A stretch of 64,000 bases of DNA from Candidatus Lustribacter sp. (GCA_965277805.1 OZ255842.1:1728001-1792000); one strand, 5' to 3'. Positions 21,070 to 35,006 are shown, numbered from the stretch's first letter. The notes: a model not told the origin generated them from the letters alone. A program made the numbers and translations.

Positions 21070-21564
21070 CTAGAACGCGTGCGGTATGCCGACGGTGGCA
21101 CCCGGGCGCAGGCCAACCGGCGTTCCGAGGATCTCGTTGGCGATGACCGCGTTCGCCGCCCAGGCCGGGCTGCCGACGGCCGCGCCGCCGCCGATGGTCC
21201 GGACCCGGCGCCGCCCGGCGGCCGCCGGAACGCCCGGCGTGCCGGGCAGCGAGAGATCGAGCGCCGGGAAGGCGGCCGCGGCCTCGGCGGGCAGCGTCTC
21301 GCCCATGGTCGGCGCGGTCGCGGCCGTGGCGGCGAGCGGCGCGGTGAACGGCTGGGAGGCGACGGGCCGGGGTGGGGCCGGCGGGGCGAGGCGGCGCCGC
21401 ACAGCCGGGGCCGGAGCCGCCGGCGGCGGGGCGGCGGTGCGGGGAGCCGGGGGCGGTGACGCCGCCGCAATTCGCGCGCGGCCCTTGAACCAGCGCCGGA
21501 TCGCGACGACGACAAACAAGCCCCAGATGAAGACCGGAACGAGGTTCCCGCCGCCGTGGTCCAC
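21070..21564 (-). CDS. Pro/Ala-rich membrane-anchored hypothetical protein (YqfB position)
   Basis: N-terminal TM; C-terminal AVIANEILGTPVGLR; follows floA as yqfB does in Bacillus. Confidence 0.65.
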   Translation of the reverse strand: MDHGGGNLVPVFIWGLFVVVAIRRWFKGRARIAAASPPPAPRTAAPPPAAPAPAVRRRLAPPAPPRPVASQPFTAPLAATAATAPTMGETLPAEAAAAFPALDLSLPGTPGVPAAAGRRRVRTIGGGAAVGSPAWAANAVIANEILGTPVGLRPGATVGIPHAF

Positions 21565-21570
21565 GCGGGC

Positions 21571-22569
21571 CTACTTCGGCACGTCGGGCGAGAGCGTATC
21601 GCCGACGTTGGAACCGATGGCACCGCGCATTTCGGTGTCGGCCTTGATGTTGTTCATGCGGTAGTAGTCCATCACGCCGAGATTGCCGCTGCGAAAGGCG
21701 TCGGCCAGCGCGACCGGGACTTGCGCTTCGGCCTCGACGACCTTGGCGCGCATGCGCTGCGTTTCGGCCTTCATCTCTTGCTCGGCCGCGAGGGCCGCGT
21801 ATTGGCGCTCGGCTGCCTTCGCTTGCGCGATGCGGCGGTCGGCCTCGGCTTGCGAGGTCTGCAGTTCGGCGCCGATATTTTTGCCGACGTCGACGTCGGC
21901 GATGTCGATCGAGACGATCTCGAACGCCGTCCCCGCATCGAGTCCCTTGGCGAGCACCGCCTTGGAGATGCGATCGGGATACTCGAGCACTTCTTTGTGA
22001 TCGACCGCCGCGCCGACGGCCGAGACGACGCCTTCACCGACGCGCGCCACGATCGTCGGTTCGCCGGCGCCGCCGACGTAGCGATCGAGGTTGCTGCGCA
22101 CGGTGATTCGCGCTTTCACGTTGAGCTGAATGCCGTTTTGCGCGACGCCCTGAAACGTCGGCGTCTCGATGACTTTCGGCGTGACCGAGGTTTGCAGCGC
22201 TTCGAGCACGTTGCGTCCGGCCAGATCGATCGCGGCCGCGCGCTGCCACTCGAGCGGAATCTGCGCGCGCTGCGCGGCGATCATCGCCAGCGTGACGTTC
22301 TCGACGTTACCGCCCGAGAGCACGTGCGATTGTAGTTGATCGACGGTGAGGTTCAAGCCGGCTTTGCGCGAGCGAACGAGGTTTGCCACGATCACGCCGG
22401 CCGGCACGCCGATGACGCGCATGCGAATCAGTGCGCCGATTGAAAGCGGCACCCCCGCCGCCAGCGTGCGGATCCACAAGCCGAGCGGGAAGTAGTAGAG
22501 CAGCAGCACGAGGATGACGAAGATAACGACGATGACGCCTAAGGCGAACAACGAGGCGAAGCCGATCAT
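21571..22569 (-). CDS. floA: Flotillin-like protein FloA (YqfA/UPF0365)
   Basis: [19 protein letters not shown]-like [43 protein letters not shown]. Confidence 0.95.
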   Translation of the reverse strand: MIGFASLFALGVIVVIFVILVLLLYYFPLGLWIRTLAAGVPLSIGALIRMRVIGVPAGVIVANLVRSRKAGLNLTVDQLQSHVLSGGNVENVTLAMIAAQRAQIPLEWQRAAAIDLAGRNVLEALQTSVTPKVIETPTFQGVAQNGIQLNVKARITVRSNLDRYVGGAGEPTIVARVGEGVVSAVGAAVDHKEVLEYPDRISKAVLAKGLDAGTAFEIVSIDIADVDVGKNIGAELQTSQAEADRRIAQAKAAERQYAALAAEQEMKAETQRMRAKVVEAEAQVPVALADAFRSGNLGVMDYYRMNNIKADTEMRGAIGSNVGDTLSPDVPK

Positions 22570-23243
22570 GGTCGCTTCCAGCTCTTGGGCATGGGTTCGC
22601 TCCTTGGACGCACGAAAATGCGCGCGCCTTCAACTCGAGTGACGGTAACGGGTGTACCGGCCGGAACGAACTCACCCTCGGTGAGCACATCGACCTTCTG
22701 GCCGTTGATGGCGGCATAGCCGGCCGGCCGCAGATACGACGTCGCGAACCCGGCTTGGCCGATAAGCGCGCGCCGGTCGGGCGCGGCGATATATTCGCGG
22801 CCCTGCACGCCGGTAAACGCCAGCCGCTGCATGAACGCGTTCTGCGGAAATAGGCGCGCCGCGATGACGAAGATGATCACCGCCAGGACGATCGCGATCG
22901 CGATCGATTGCACGGCGACGAACCCGAACGGAAAACCGAACGCGAACAGGATGCCGGAAAAGAGCGCGAGCAAACCCAAGATTCCGGCCACGCCATGGCC
23001 GGGAAAGACGTGCAGTTCGAGCAGCACGCCCACGAGACCGATCGTTGCCAGCGCCGCCGGCAAACTGTCGGAGGCGCCGATAAAAACGTGACTGCCGAAG
23101 AACAGCGCAAACGCCGCGATGCCGATCGCGCCGGCGATGAGATGCAGCGTTTGCATCTCGATCAGCAGGCCGGCCAAACCGATCGCCAGCAGCACGCCGC
23201 TGACGGAGGGATCGGACAGGAACCGCAACAGGTCGGCGAACAC
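22566..23243 (-). CDS. NfeD-family membrane protein (no N-terminal protease domain)
   Basis: Multiple TMs; [13 protein letters not shown]-terminal OB-fold [25 protein letters not shown]. Confidence 0.87.
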   Translation of the reverse strand: MFADLLRFLSDPSVSGVLLAIGLAGLLIEMQTLHLIAGAIGIAAFALFFGSHVFIGASDSLPAALATIGLVGVLLELHVFPGHGVAGILGLLALFSGILFAFGFPFGFVAVQSIAIAIVLAVIIFVIAARLFPQNAFMQRLAFTGVQGREYIAAPDRRALIGQAGFATSYLRPAGYAAINGQKVDVLTEGEFVPAGTPVTVTRVEGARIFVRPRSEPMPKSWKRP

Positions 23244-23273
23244 GCTTTGTTCTACCGCGCCGGCGGTGCCGGG

Positions 23274-23720
23274 TTACGCGTTGGCGAGTTCCTCGGTGAC
23301 GATCTGGCGCACGATATTGCCGTCGGCGAGGCCCTTGAGTTGCGGCATGACAACCTTCATTGCGGCTCCCTGGTTACGCCCCTCAGCGGGGATACCGGCG
23401 AGTGCCGTGCGCACGATGGCGCGGACTTCGTCGGCCGACTTCTGCTCGGGCAGATAGTGCTGGAGGATCTCGCGTTCCCGGGTTTCTTTTTCGACGAGTT
23501 CGGGGCGTCCGCCCTTAGCGTACTCGGCGATCGAATCGGTGCGCTGCTTGACCAGCTTTTGCACGAGCGCGAGCTGCTCGTCGTCGGTCGGATCGTGACC
23601 CGCTTCGACGCGCTTGTAGGTGAACGCCGACAGCACGCTGCGCAACGTATCCAAGCGCACTTGGTCGCGCGCTTTCATGGCTTCTTTGAGATCGGCGGTA
23701 ATCTGGTCTTTGACGTTCAC
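23274..23720 (-). CDS. GatB/YqeY domain protein
   Basis: DLKEAMKARD, KQRTDSI..Y..GGR, YLPEQ, GLADG. Confidence 0.92.
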   Translation of the reverse strand: MNVKDQITADLKEAMKARDQVRLDTLRSVLSAFTYKRVEAGHDPTDDEQLALVQKLVKQRTDSIAEYAKGGRPELVEKETREREILQHYLPEQKSADEVRAIVRTALAGIPAEGRNQGAAMKVVMPQLKGLADGNIVRQIVTEELANA

Positions 23721-23739
23721 GGTCTTGGTCCTAAATCAT

Positions 23740-23764
23740 GAAGGCGTCTCGGGGAGACGCCTTC
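23740..23764 (-). terminator. Hairpin after rpsU (probable terminator or processing stem)
   Basis: GAAGGCGTCTC-GGG-GAGACGCCTTC perfect 11-bp inverted repeat; weak U-tract. Confidence 0.55.
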
Positions 23765-23784
23765 GGGTTACGCTGGGGATCCGA

Positions 23785-23955
23785 TCAGGCTCGGCGTTTC
23801 CGGGCGGCGGCGGACTTCTTCTTGCGACGAACGCTAGGCTTTTCGTAGTGCTCGTGCTTGCGGGCTTCGGCGAGGACGCCGGCCTTCTGCGTGGCCTTTT
23901 TGAAACGGCGCAGCGCGCTTTCGATGGTCTCTCCCGGTGCAATGCGTACTTCCAC
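23785..23955 (-). CDS. rpsU: 30S ribosomal protein S21
   Basis: [28 protein letters not shown] start after GGAGGG. Confidence 0.96.
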   Translation of the reverse strand: MEVRIAPGETIESALRRFKKATQKAGVLAEARKHEHYEKPSVRRKKKSAAARKRRA

Positions 23956-24019
23956 GAACAACCCTCCCTTCGCCCGGCCCAAAAGCCGTCATTCCGGACC
24001 CTCGAGGGCCCAACGCCCT

Positions 24020-24048
24020 ATGCTACCAGGGATCGCCCCCAAGGTCAA
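24020..24048 (-). promoter_or_regulatory. Sigma70-type promoter of rpsU
   Basis: TTGACC-17 nt-TAGCAT with extended TG. Confidence 0.7.
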
Positions 24049-24052
24049 ACGG

Positions 24053-24397
24053 CTACCCGGGCGGCCACGCGAGGGGGCGGCCCGCCAGAACGTGGGCGTG
24101 GAGGTGGTAGACGCTCTGGCCCGCGTCCTGGCCCTCGTTCATCACCACACGGTAGCCGCCCGGGCCGAACCGGGTGCCGATCTCGGCGGCGGCCGCCAGA
24201 AGGCGTCCGGCGGCCGCGGCGTTGCCTTGTTTCGCGAAGTCGGAGAGATGCTCGGCGTGCACGGTCGGGATCACCAGAACGTGCGCCGGCGCCTGCGGGT
24301 TGAGATCGTGGAACGCCACGACGTGTTCGTCGCGCAAGACTTCCTTAGCGTTGATTTCCTTGCGAACGATCTTACAGAACAGACAATCCTCGTGCAT
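24053..24397 (-). CDS. Histidine triad nucleotide-binding protein (HinT-like)
   Basis: DCLFCKI, PQAPAHVLVIP, GQSVYHLHAHVLAGR, WPPG. Confidence 0.95.
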   Translation of the reverse strand: MHEDCLFCKIVRKEINAKEVLRDEHVVAFHDLNPQAPAHVLVIPTVHAEHLSDFAKQGNAAAAGRLLAAAAEIGTRFGPGGYRVVMNEGQDAGQSVYHLHAHVLAGRPLAWPPG

Positions 24398-25977
24398 TAC
24401 GTCCCCATCGTCATCAGTTCGAAGTGAAAGCTCGTGTCCGGGCTCGATACGAAACCGTGCACGGACGAGCGCAGCGCGAGCGGCACCGGCGTGTGCAACA
24501 GCGAGATTGCCGGCACCTGGTCGTGCACGAGTTGCGCCGCACGTTCGTAGATCGCGCGCCGCTTCGCTTCGTCGACCGTGCGCTGGCCGGCGAGCATCAA
24601 GCGGTGAAACTCGGGATCGCGCCAGAACGAGTAGTTCTGCGCATACGGCTTGACGGCCGAATCCTTATCGAGCAGCGGGTAGTAGAAGTTATCCGGATCG
24701 CCGTTGTCACCGCTCCAGCCGATCAGGCACATCGGATGCTCGCCGTTCTGAACCTTCGCCAGGAACACGCCGAACTCGAGCGGCTCGAGCGTCACCGTGA
24801 TGCCCGCTTCTTTGAGATCGGCTTGGATCGCTTCGGCCAGCCGTTGCGGATCGGGCATGTACGGCCGCGGCGTCGTGGGCAGGTAGAGCGTCGTTGCGAA
24901 CCCGTGCGGGAAGCCGGCTTGCGCGAGCAGCCGTTTCGCTTCGCTCACGTCGTGCGGCCAAATCTTGATGTGCGTGTTTTCGCCCAGCATCCCCGGCGGC
25001 GTCCAGTTGTCGCCTTCGATCGTGCCCGGACCGTATAGCGCGTGAATGATGGCCGGAATGTCGATCGCCGAGGCCACCGCGCGCCGCACCAGTACGTTGT
25101 CGAAGGGCTTCTTCTCCATGTTCATGGCGAGATAGGCCAAGTTGTTCGACGGCTGGCGCACGATCGCGATGTCGTGTTGCGTGGCAAGCATTGCCGCATC
25201 GTCCGAGCGCACGTCGGTGAGCATCGCCAGCTCGCCCTTCTGGATCGACAGCACGCTCGTCGCTTGATCGGGGATGTCGCGGATCACGACCGTCTTGATC
25301 GCCGGATGCAGGGTGCCGTCGTAGTGCGGGTTCGCGTCGAGCGTGATGTGATCGTCGCGCAGCCACTCGCGCAAAATGTAGGGACCGCTGCCGACCGGGT
25401 GCTGTTCGAACGCTTGCGGGTCGCGCTCGATCGCGGCGGGCGAACCGATCAGGAACGACGGCATCGCGATGTTGCGCAAGAACGTTCCGGACGCTTGCGC
25501 GAGAACGAACGTCACGCTCAGCGGTGTATTGACGATGACGTCGCGCACGCTGCCCGGGTTCTTCGGATCGTCCGAGAAGCCGCCGAACTCGGATACCCAG
25601 TACGCATAGGAGAACGCGCCGTGTTGGGGGTCGTGCTGCAGCCGCCAGCGATCGAAGTTGAACTTCACCGCCGCGGCATCAACCGGCGTGCCGTCGGAGA
25701 ACCGCACGTTCGGACGCAGCGCAAACGTCCAGCGCGTGCCGTCCGGACTCACGGTCCACGAGCGCGCGAGCGCGCCGGTGACTTCGAAGCTCCCCGGCTT
25801 GAACGCAACCAGCCCTTCCATGATTTCCGAAGAAACGTTCAGCGACTGGCCGTCGGTCGCGTGCGAAGGATCGAGGTCGATCGCATCCTTCACCCGCGCG
25901 ATCACCAATTCTTGACTCCCGGTCTGATCGAGATTACCGCATCCGGTCAAAAAGCCGAGCAGCAAAAGCAATGTCAT
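24397..25977 (-). CDS. ABC substrate-binding lipoprotein, family 5 (DppA-like)
   Basis: Lipobox LTGC; LRPNVRFSDGTP, PVGSGPY, GWSGDNGDPDNF; the ATG lies inside a repeat copy. Confidence 0.9.
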   Translation of the reverse strand: MTLLLLLGFLTGCGNLDQTGSQELVIARVKDAIDLDPSHATDGQSLNVSSEIMEGLVAFKPGSFEVTGALARSWTVSPDGTRWTFALRPNVRFSDGTPVDAAAVKFNFDRWRLQHDPQHGAFSYAYWVSEFGGFSDDPKNPGSVRDVIVNTPLSVTFVLAQASGTFLRNIAMPSFLIGSPAAIERDPQAFEQHPVGSGPYILREWLRDDHITLDANPHYDGTLHPAIKTVVIRDIPDQATSVLSIQKGELAMLTDVRSDDAAMLATQHDIAIVRQPSNNLAYLAMNMEKKPFDNVLVRRAVASAIDIPAIIHALYGPGTIEGDNWTPPGMLGENTHIKIWPHDVSEAKRLLAQAGFPHGFATTLYLPTTPRPYMPDPQRLAEAIQADLKEAGITVTLEPLEFGVFLAKVQNGEHPMCLIGWSGDNGDPDNFYYPLLDKDSAVKPYAQNYSFWRDPEFHRLMLAGQRTVDEAKRRAIYERAAQLVHDQVPAISLLHTPVPLALRSSVHGFVSSPDTSFHFELMTMGT

Positions 25978-25995
25978 CCCGAGCTTGTCGAGGGA
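25973..25995 (+). repeat. Short palindromic repeat copy (GTCATCCCGAGCTTGTCGAGGGA)
   Basis: Identical to 14609-14631. Confidence 0.8.
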
Positions 25996-26000
25996 CCGCC

Positions 26001-27563
26001 TCAATGCGCGTGGATCGTGAAGGACCACGTGCGCGTCTGCAGGTTCCCGGCTTCATCCGCAACGCGCACTTGCACGTTGACGTTGCCGTCGGGCAGCGAG
26101 ACGCCCGGACTGTACGTGATGAACTGCGCCGTGCGCGTCGACGACGGCGTCACGTCGAGGCCGTTGACCGTGATGATCGCACTCGACGGGTTGATGGTCA
26201 CCCCGGTCGGCGTGCGGAACGTCGCGTAGATCGACGGGCGATCGTTGTTGACGCTCTGCCCATTGAGCGGCGCGATGTCGACGATCTGCGGCGGGGTGCT
26301 CGAGACGGCCAGCAGTTGCGGCGCCTCGGCGCGCGGCGCTTCGTTGCCGCCGGCCGAAAGGTGAGCGTACACCGTCGTTTGGCCGAAGTTCACGTTGGGC
26401 GGGATCGTGTAGTGCGCGGTGTACACGCCGGACTGCGTTTCGTTCAGCGGCAGTCCGGTGAGGTAGGTGCCGATGTCGAACGTCGCGCGGCCACCCGGCG
26501 TGCCGTGCAAAGCGAGGTTGAAGCTATCGCCTGCGCGCAGCGCGTGCTGCGCGTCGATCGTGAACGAAGCGATCGTTACCGGTCCGGCCGGCGCTGCGGT
26601 GGCCGTCATGGCGCGCGAGACGATGATCTCGCGTTTCTCGTTGGTGTCGGGATTGAGCCGCACGACGACGCTATCGCCGATCTTGAGGTCGCCGAGCGCT
26701 GCGGGCGCGGCGTTGAGCGAGATCGTCGTCGACTTGTCGGGCGTCACAATGAAGCCGGTGTTCAGCACGAACTGGCTCGGGGAGACGGCCGCGATGGTGC
26801 CGATGCGCGAGGCGTAACGCACGATCACCGAAGCGACGTGGCCGTCACGCAGGACGTTCACGCTCACGGCATCGCCGACGTGTACGTCGGTGAGGACGCC
26901 CGGCGAGGCCGTTCGCGCGACGACGTCTTGGAGTTGAATGCTCGCGTTCGACGTGATCGCGACGGTGCGCACGTCGGGCCCGCGCTCGACCGTGAGCGAC
27001 TGCGGCGATGAATTCAAGTCGACCGCGCTGACGCTGCCGACGATCTGCGCCGTGCCGCCGGCGGCGTGCTGTTCGAGGGCCGGGTTGCGGCCCACGAGTG
27101 AGGAGACGACCTCCACGCGATTCGCGCGCGGATTGAACGTTGCGAGCGCGCCGAGCGAGGTCGCGACGAAACGCAGCGGCACGTAGGTCGCATTGTCGAT
27201 CGTTATCGCGGGCGCTTCCATGCGCACCGGGGTGCCGTCGATCGTGGCGTCGGCGCTGCCGATCGTGAGCACGATGCGCTTGCCGGGTGCGCTCGCCGTG
27301 ATCGCGTTGCCGTTGCGCGTGACGCCGATGCCGAGCGCGCTGTAGATGCGCACGACCGGAACGACCAGCCGCCCGCCGCCCTTTCCGACGATGCGCGCCG
27401 AAGAATCGCGTGGCAATTCCTGACCGTTGACCGCAATCGCGATCGGTGCATGCCGCTGCACGTGCGGCTTGGGCTTCGCCGCAGCCGACGCAAACGCCGG
27501 AGGGGCGAGCGCCAACACGCATGCCGCCAGTGCGGCTCCGATTCTACGCTCCACTCGACCCAT
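26001..27563 (-). CDS. Secreted protein with copper-amine-oxidase N-terminal (stalk) domain and beta-rich C-terminal domains
   Basis: Signal peptide; IVLTIGSADATIDG, ATYVPLRFVATSLGA; repeated DVHVGD/DLKIGD units; Ig-like C-terminus (VADEAGN..WSF). Confidence 0.75.
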   Translation of the reverse strand: MGRVERRIGAALAACVLALAPPAFASAAAKPKPHVQRHAPIAIAVNGQELPRDSSARIVGKGGGRLVVPVVRIYSALGIGVTRNGNAITASAPGKRIVLTIGSADATIDGTPVRMEAPAITIDNATYVPLRFVATSLGALATFNPRANRVEVVSSLVGRNPALEQHAAGGTAQIVGSVSAVDLNSSPQSLTVERGPDVRTVAITSNASIQLQDVVARTASPGVLTDVHVGDAVSVNVLRDGHVASVIVRYASRIGTIAAVSPSQFVLNTGFIVTPDKSTTISLNAAPAALGDLKIGDSVVVRLNPDTNEKREIIVSRAMTATAAPAGPVTIASFTIDAQHALRAGDSFNLALHGTPGGRATFDIGTYLTGLPLNETQSGVYTAHYTIPPNVNFGQTTVYAHLSAGGNEAPRAEAPQLLAVSSTPPQIVDIAPLNGQSVNNDRPSIYATFRTPTGVTINPSSAIITVNGLDVTPSSTRTAQFITYSPGVSLPDGNVNVQVRVADEAGNLQTRTWSFTIHAH

Positions 27564-28563
27564 CAACGACCTCGCGATACACCGCGGCCGTGGCGGCCGC
27601 AAATCGGTCCCAAGTATACGCGCGCGCAACGGTTTGCCCCTCGGCGGCGCGGCGCCGGTACGGCGCCGGATTGGCGGCGAGATCGGTGAGTGCCGCGCGC
27701 AGCGCGAGCGTATCGTGCGGCGCAAACGTCACCGCGTACGGTGCGAGGATCCCGGGCACCGACGTCGTGCTGGCGATGACCGGCGTTCCCGCGACCATCG
27801 CCTCGAGCATCGGCAACCCGAAGCCTTCCGCCAGGGCCGGATGAACGTAGGCGCTGGCCGCGCGATAGCCGGCGACGAGGTGTGCGTCGCTGAGGTCGCC
27901 CGCGTAGCGCAGTTCGCTGCCGCTGCGCCGGTAGCGCTGCTGCGCGGCGGCATCCGGAGGGCCGGTAATCACGAGGTCCAGTGCGATCGCTTCGGGCAAG
28001 CCGGCCCATGCTTCGTAGAGCGCATCGAGGTTCTTGTGCGGACGATGGTTGCCGGCATACATGATAAACGGCCGCCGCGGCGGGCGCGTTTCGGCGGCCG
28101 CAAACAGCGCCGGGTCGTAACCGAGCGGAACGATGCGGCAGCGTTCGCGCTCGACGCCTAACAGCTCGACGCACGCATCGGCCGTGCGCTCGTCGCTCAT
28201 CAAGAGCAGCGTGGCGCCGCGCAGCATGGGCTTCGCGGCCACCGCGTAAAACGCGGCGGTCGTTTTGCTGAAGAACTGCGGATATTGCAAATGAATCAGA
28301 TCGTGCACCATCGCGACGTACGGTTTGCGGCGGCGCAGCGGGGTAAAGATCGTCGGGTAGTGCGTCACGTCCGGGGCGACGCGATCGATCTCGGCCGGCA
28401 GCCGCAGCTGCTCGTCGAGCCCGAAGTTCAGCCCGCGGCCGACGGCGTGCAGCCGGATGTCGGGCGCAACGCGCGGCAAGCCTTCGACGAGTCCGCGGAC
28501 GTAAGCGCGCACGCCGGCCGACATGCGCGGCGTAATGCGCGCATCGAGCGCCACCTCGATCAT
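27544..28563 (-). CDS. Glycosyltransferase family 4
   Basis: YAGNHRPHKNL, EGFGLPMLEAM..GTPV; ATGA overlap. Confidence 0.9.
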   Translation of the reverse strand: MIEVALDARITPRMSAGVRAYVRGLVEGLPRVAPDIRLHAVGRGLNFGLDEQLRLPAEIDRVAPDVTHYPTIFTPLRRRKPYVAMVHDLIHLQYPQFFSKTTAAFYAVAAKPMLRGATLLLMSDERTADACVELLGVERERCRIVPLGYDPALFAAAETRPPRRPFIMYAGNHRPHKNLDALYEAWAGLPEAIALDLVITGPPDAAAQQRYRRSGSELRYAGDLSDAHLVAGYRAASAYVHPALAEGFGLPMLEAMVAGTPVIASTTSVPGILAPYAVTFAPHDTLALRAALTDLAANPAPYRRRAAEGQTVARAYTWDRFAAATAAVYREVVDGSSGA

Positions 28564-29551
28564 CCACCGATCTCGCGATAGACGTCGGCGGTGAGGCGCG
28601 CCGTGCGTTCCCACGTCAGTTCGCGCGTCGCCGCGCGCGCCGCATCGGCCGCCGCGCGGGCGGCGTCCGGATCGTCGAGCTGGCTCGCCAGCGCATCGCG
28701 CCAAGCCGTTATATCGCTCGCTTCGACGAGCACCGCGTGCGGCGCCAGCACGCGCGGCATGGCGGCGCTCGATGCGACCACGCGCGCGCCGTTGCGCATC
28801 GCCTCGAGCAGCGGCAAGCCGAAGCCCTCGCGCAGCGCCGGATGCGCGTAGACGGCAGCGCCGGCATACCAGCGCCGCAGGTCGTCGTCCGTGCGCTCGC
28901 CGAGAAACACGACCTCGCCCGGGCCACGCACCGCTTGCAGCGCCGCGTCGGGCGGTCCGCTGAGGACGAGATCGACCGCACGTCCCTCACCCAATCCGGC
29001 CCAAGCGGCGATCAACGTCGCGAGGTTCTTGTGCGGGCGGCGATTGCCGACGTAGAGCACGTAGGGTCGCGGGTGTCCGGCCGGCGCCGCAGCCGCCGGC
29101 GGCTCGTCGTAACCCAGCGGGATCACGCGCACGCGCCGCGCGTCCGCACCGAGAAAGCGTTCGAGGTCGTCGACGGTCGCGTCGTCGTCCGTGATCACGG
29201 CGCGTGCGGCGCGCACGACCGGTGCGACGAGCGCGCGCACGTACGGCGCCACCCGGCGCTTCACGAACTGCGGATAGTGCAGGTCGATCAGGTCGTGCAC
29301 GGTCACGACGTAACGGCACGGCACGAAGCGCGGCACGAACAGCGTGGGGAAGTGCGCGATCCGCGCGTGCGAGCGCGCGATGGCGAGCGGCAAACCGACT
29401 TGCTCGGCCAGATCGAAGTTATCGCCGCTCCCGACCGCGACGAGATCCACGTCGGGCGCGACGTGCGGCAGCCATTCGCGCAGCTTGCGCGAGTAGTTGA
29501 GCACGCCGGCCGACATGTGCGAGGTCTCGCGCGCATCGAAGGCGAGGCGAA

Positions 29552-29555
<4 letters not shown>
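28560..29555 (-). CDS. Glycosyltransferase family 4
   Basis: YVGNRRPHKNL, EGFGLPLLEAM. Confidence 0.9.
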
Positions 29556-32839
<3,284 letters not shown>

Positions 32840-32843
<4 letters not shown>

Positions 32844-33928
32844 GCCGCCGTCGTTTCTCCGGCCAGCAAGCGTGCGCGCTCGTCGGTTTGCAATTCGGTG
32901 ACCAGACGGTCCATGTCGCCGTCGAGGATCGCCTTGATGTTCTGGAAGTTCTGATTGATGCGATGATCGGTGATGCGGTCTTGCGGATAGTTGTACGTGC
33001 GGATCTTCTCGCTGCGGTCGCCGGTGCCGACTTGGCTGCGGCGCAGCGAGCCGACGGCTTCTTCCGCCTCGCGCCGTTTGCGGTCGGCGAGCTGCGCGCG
33101 CAGCATGTCCATCGCGCGGGTGCGGTTCTGCAACTGCGAGCGTTCTTCCGAACACGAGACGATGATGCCCGACGGCACGTGGGTGATGCGGATCGCCGAC
33201 TCGGTCTTGTTGACGTGCTGGCCGCCCGCGCCGGATGCTTTGAAGGTGTCGATTTCGAGATCTTTGGGATTGATCTGCACGTCGGCATCGTCTTCCGCGA
33301 CTTCGGGCAGCACGGCGACCGTGGCAGTCGAGGTGTGCACGCGGCCGGCCGATTCCGTCACCGGAACGCGCTGCACGCGGTGCACGCCGCTCTCGAATTT
33401 GAAGTACCGGTAGGGCTCGCCGCCCTTCACCGAGATCACGGCCTCTTTGTAGCCGCCGGCCTCGTTCTCGTTTTCCGAGAGCAGCTCGACGCGCATCTTA
33501 CGGTTCTCGGCGAAGCGCGTGTACATGCGGAGCAAGTCGCCCGCAAAAATCCCCGCTTCATCACCGCCGGCGCCGGCGCGCACTTCGATGAAGATGTCCT
33601 TGTCGTCGTTGGGATCGCGCGGCAGCATCAGTTCTTGCAGATGCTCTTCGAGCGGCTTGCGCCGCGCGCGCAGGCTTTCGAGTTCTTCCTGCGCCATCGC
33701 CGCCAGTTCCGGATCGCTCGCGTCGGCCGCCAGCGCCTCGTTCTCGGCGATCTCGCGCAGCAGGTTGCGCACGGCCCGGAACGCGTTGACCGTTTCTTCG
33801 ATCTGCGAGCGCTCTTTCATGAGCGCGGTAAAGCGCGACTGATCGAAGCTGCCGCCGGGATTGGCTAACGCCGCTTCGATTTCGTCGAATCGTTGGGAGA
33901 GGGTCTCTAGACGATCGGTGTACTGCAT
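32840..33928 (-). CDS. prfA: Peptide chain release factor 1
   Basis: PVT tripeptide, GGQ motif, RTYNYPQDRITDHR. Confidence 0.97.
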
Positions 33929-33960
33929 GGTAACTGCGCCTTTGAACTTTCGCCGCGAGC

Positions 33961-33992
33961 AAACGAAAAGCGAGCCGCATTAGCGACTCGCT
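33961..33992 (-). terminator. Intrinsic terminator after rpmE
   Basis: GCGAGTCGC-taat-GCGGCTCGC followed by TTTTCGTTT. Confidence 0.7.
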
Positions 33993-34012
33993 CTAGGATC
34001 GTGCCTGCCTCG

Positions 34013-34288
34013 CTAAGCGGTGGCGGCGGTCGTCTCGTCGGCGGCTTTCTTGGCCTTGCGCGCCTTGGCTTCGGCTTGCTTGACTTGTGCCTGAGCAACC
34101 CGCTGGTTGAACTTGTCGACGCGGCCGGCAGTGTCGAGGAACTTCTGCTGACCCGTATAGAGCGGATGGCAGTTCGAACAGACTTCGACGGCGATTTGGG
34201 GGAGGGTGGAGCCCGTCGTGAACTGAGCGCCGCAGGCACACGTTACCTTGGCGTCAGTAAACCACTTGGGATGGATCTTCGATTTCAC
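34013..34288 (-). CDS. rpmE: 50S ribosomal protein L31 (Zn-binding type, Lys/Ala-rich tail)
   Basis: [26 protein letters not shown]. Confidence 0.96.
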   Translation of the reverse strand: MKSKIHPKWFTDAKVTCACGAQFTTGSTLPQIAVEVCSNCHPLYTGQQKFLDTAGRVDKFNQRVAQAQVKQAEAKARKAKKAADETTAATA

Positions 34289-34297
34289 AGTCCTCCG

Positions 34298-34306
34298 ATT
34301 ATATCA
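34298..34306 (-). promoter_or_regulatory. Extended -10 promoter (TGaTATAAT) of rpmE
   Basis: Perfect TATAAT with TG, 9 nt upstream of the GTG start. Confidence 0.6.
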
Positions 34307-34439
34307 TCGGTGGCAAGGGGGTGGGGTCCGGGTGGCATAACTTTCTGCGGTTCGTCAAAGCGAACCAGCTCGGCCGCAGGCCAAACGCAAAGCTGCGAGC
34401 GCAGCGAGCATCCATAGTTGTTCGGGAGAAGCATACCAG

Positions 34440-35006
34440 GTGAATTTCAGTCGTCTCCGCCTCGGCATCGGCCTCGCGGTCATCCTCGGGATCGCTACCG
34501 CCGCCGGGCTCGCGCCGAACGTATCGGACGCGCAAACGCCCGCGCCGGTCCTCACCCCGGTGCCGAGCCCGAGCCCGAGCCCAAGCCCATCCGGCGGCCC
34601 GCGCCGGGGCCGGCGTGCGGCTCCGTCCGGCTCTCCTAGCCCGAACGCCTCGCCGTCCGACACGCCCGAACCGCCGCAGTTCACCACCCTGGACGGCATC
34701 TGGGAAGTGGAAGGGCAGCCGATCGGCAAGCGCTTGGCAACCTACACGCATCTGAGCATCAACACGACCGGCGCCGACATCAACGGCTACTATCAAGCCG
34801 GCGGCAAGAACGCGCCCAAGTATCCGATGACGGGCACGTTCGACGGCCGCTTGATCACGATGAGCGTCAACATGCCCAACGGCAAGACCATGACGTTCAA
34901 CGGCTACGTTGAGACCTTCGCCGACATGGTCGGGTTGTACAAGACGGGCGATGCGGATCCGGGCACGGCCTTCACCGCGCAGCATCGCAAGAAAATGAAG
35001 AACTGA
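34440..35006 (+). CDS. Secreted hypothetical protein with Pro/Ser linker
   Basis: Signal peptide, PSPSPSPSP linker, beta-rich C-terminal domain; TGATG coupled to the next gene. Confidence 0.75.
   Translation: MNFSRLRLGIGLAVILGIATAAGLAPNVSDAQTPAPVLTPVPSPSPSPSPSGGPRRGRRAAPSGSPSPNASPSDTPEPPQFTTLDGIWEVEGQPIGKRLATYTHLSINTTGADINGYYQAGGKNAPKYPMTGTFDGRLITMSVNMPNGKTMTFNGYVETFADMVGLYKTGDADPGTAFTAQHRKKMKN

Noticed and set aside
34345-34435. ACGCAAAGC and hairpins upstream of the secreted protein suggested a c-di-GMP-I riboswitch
   Set aside because: No GAAA tetraloop stem, GGCAAA lead-in or CUAA receptor in the right arrangement.
34563-34586. (CCGAGC)n tandem repeat
   Set aside because: It simply encodes a Pro-Ser linker; not a CRISPR or contingency locus.
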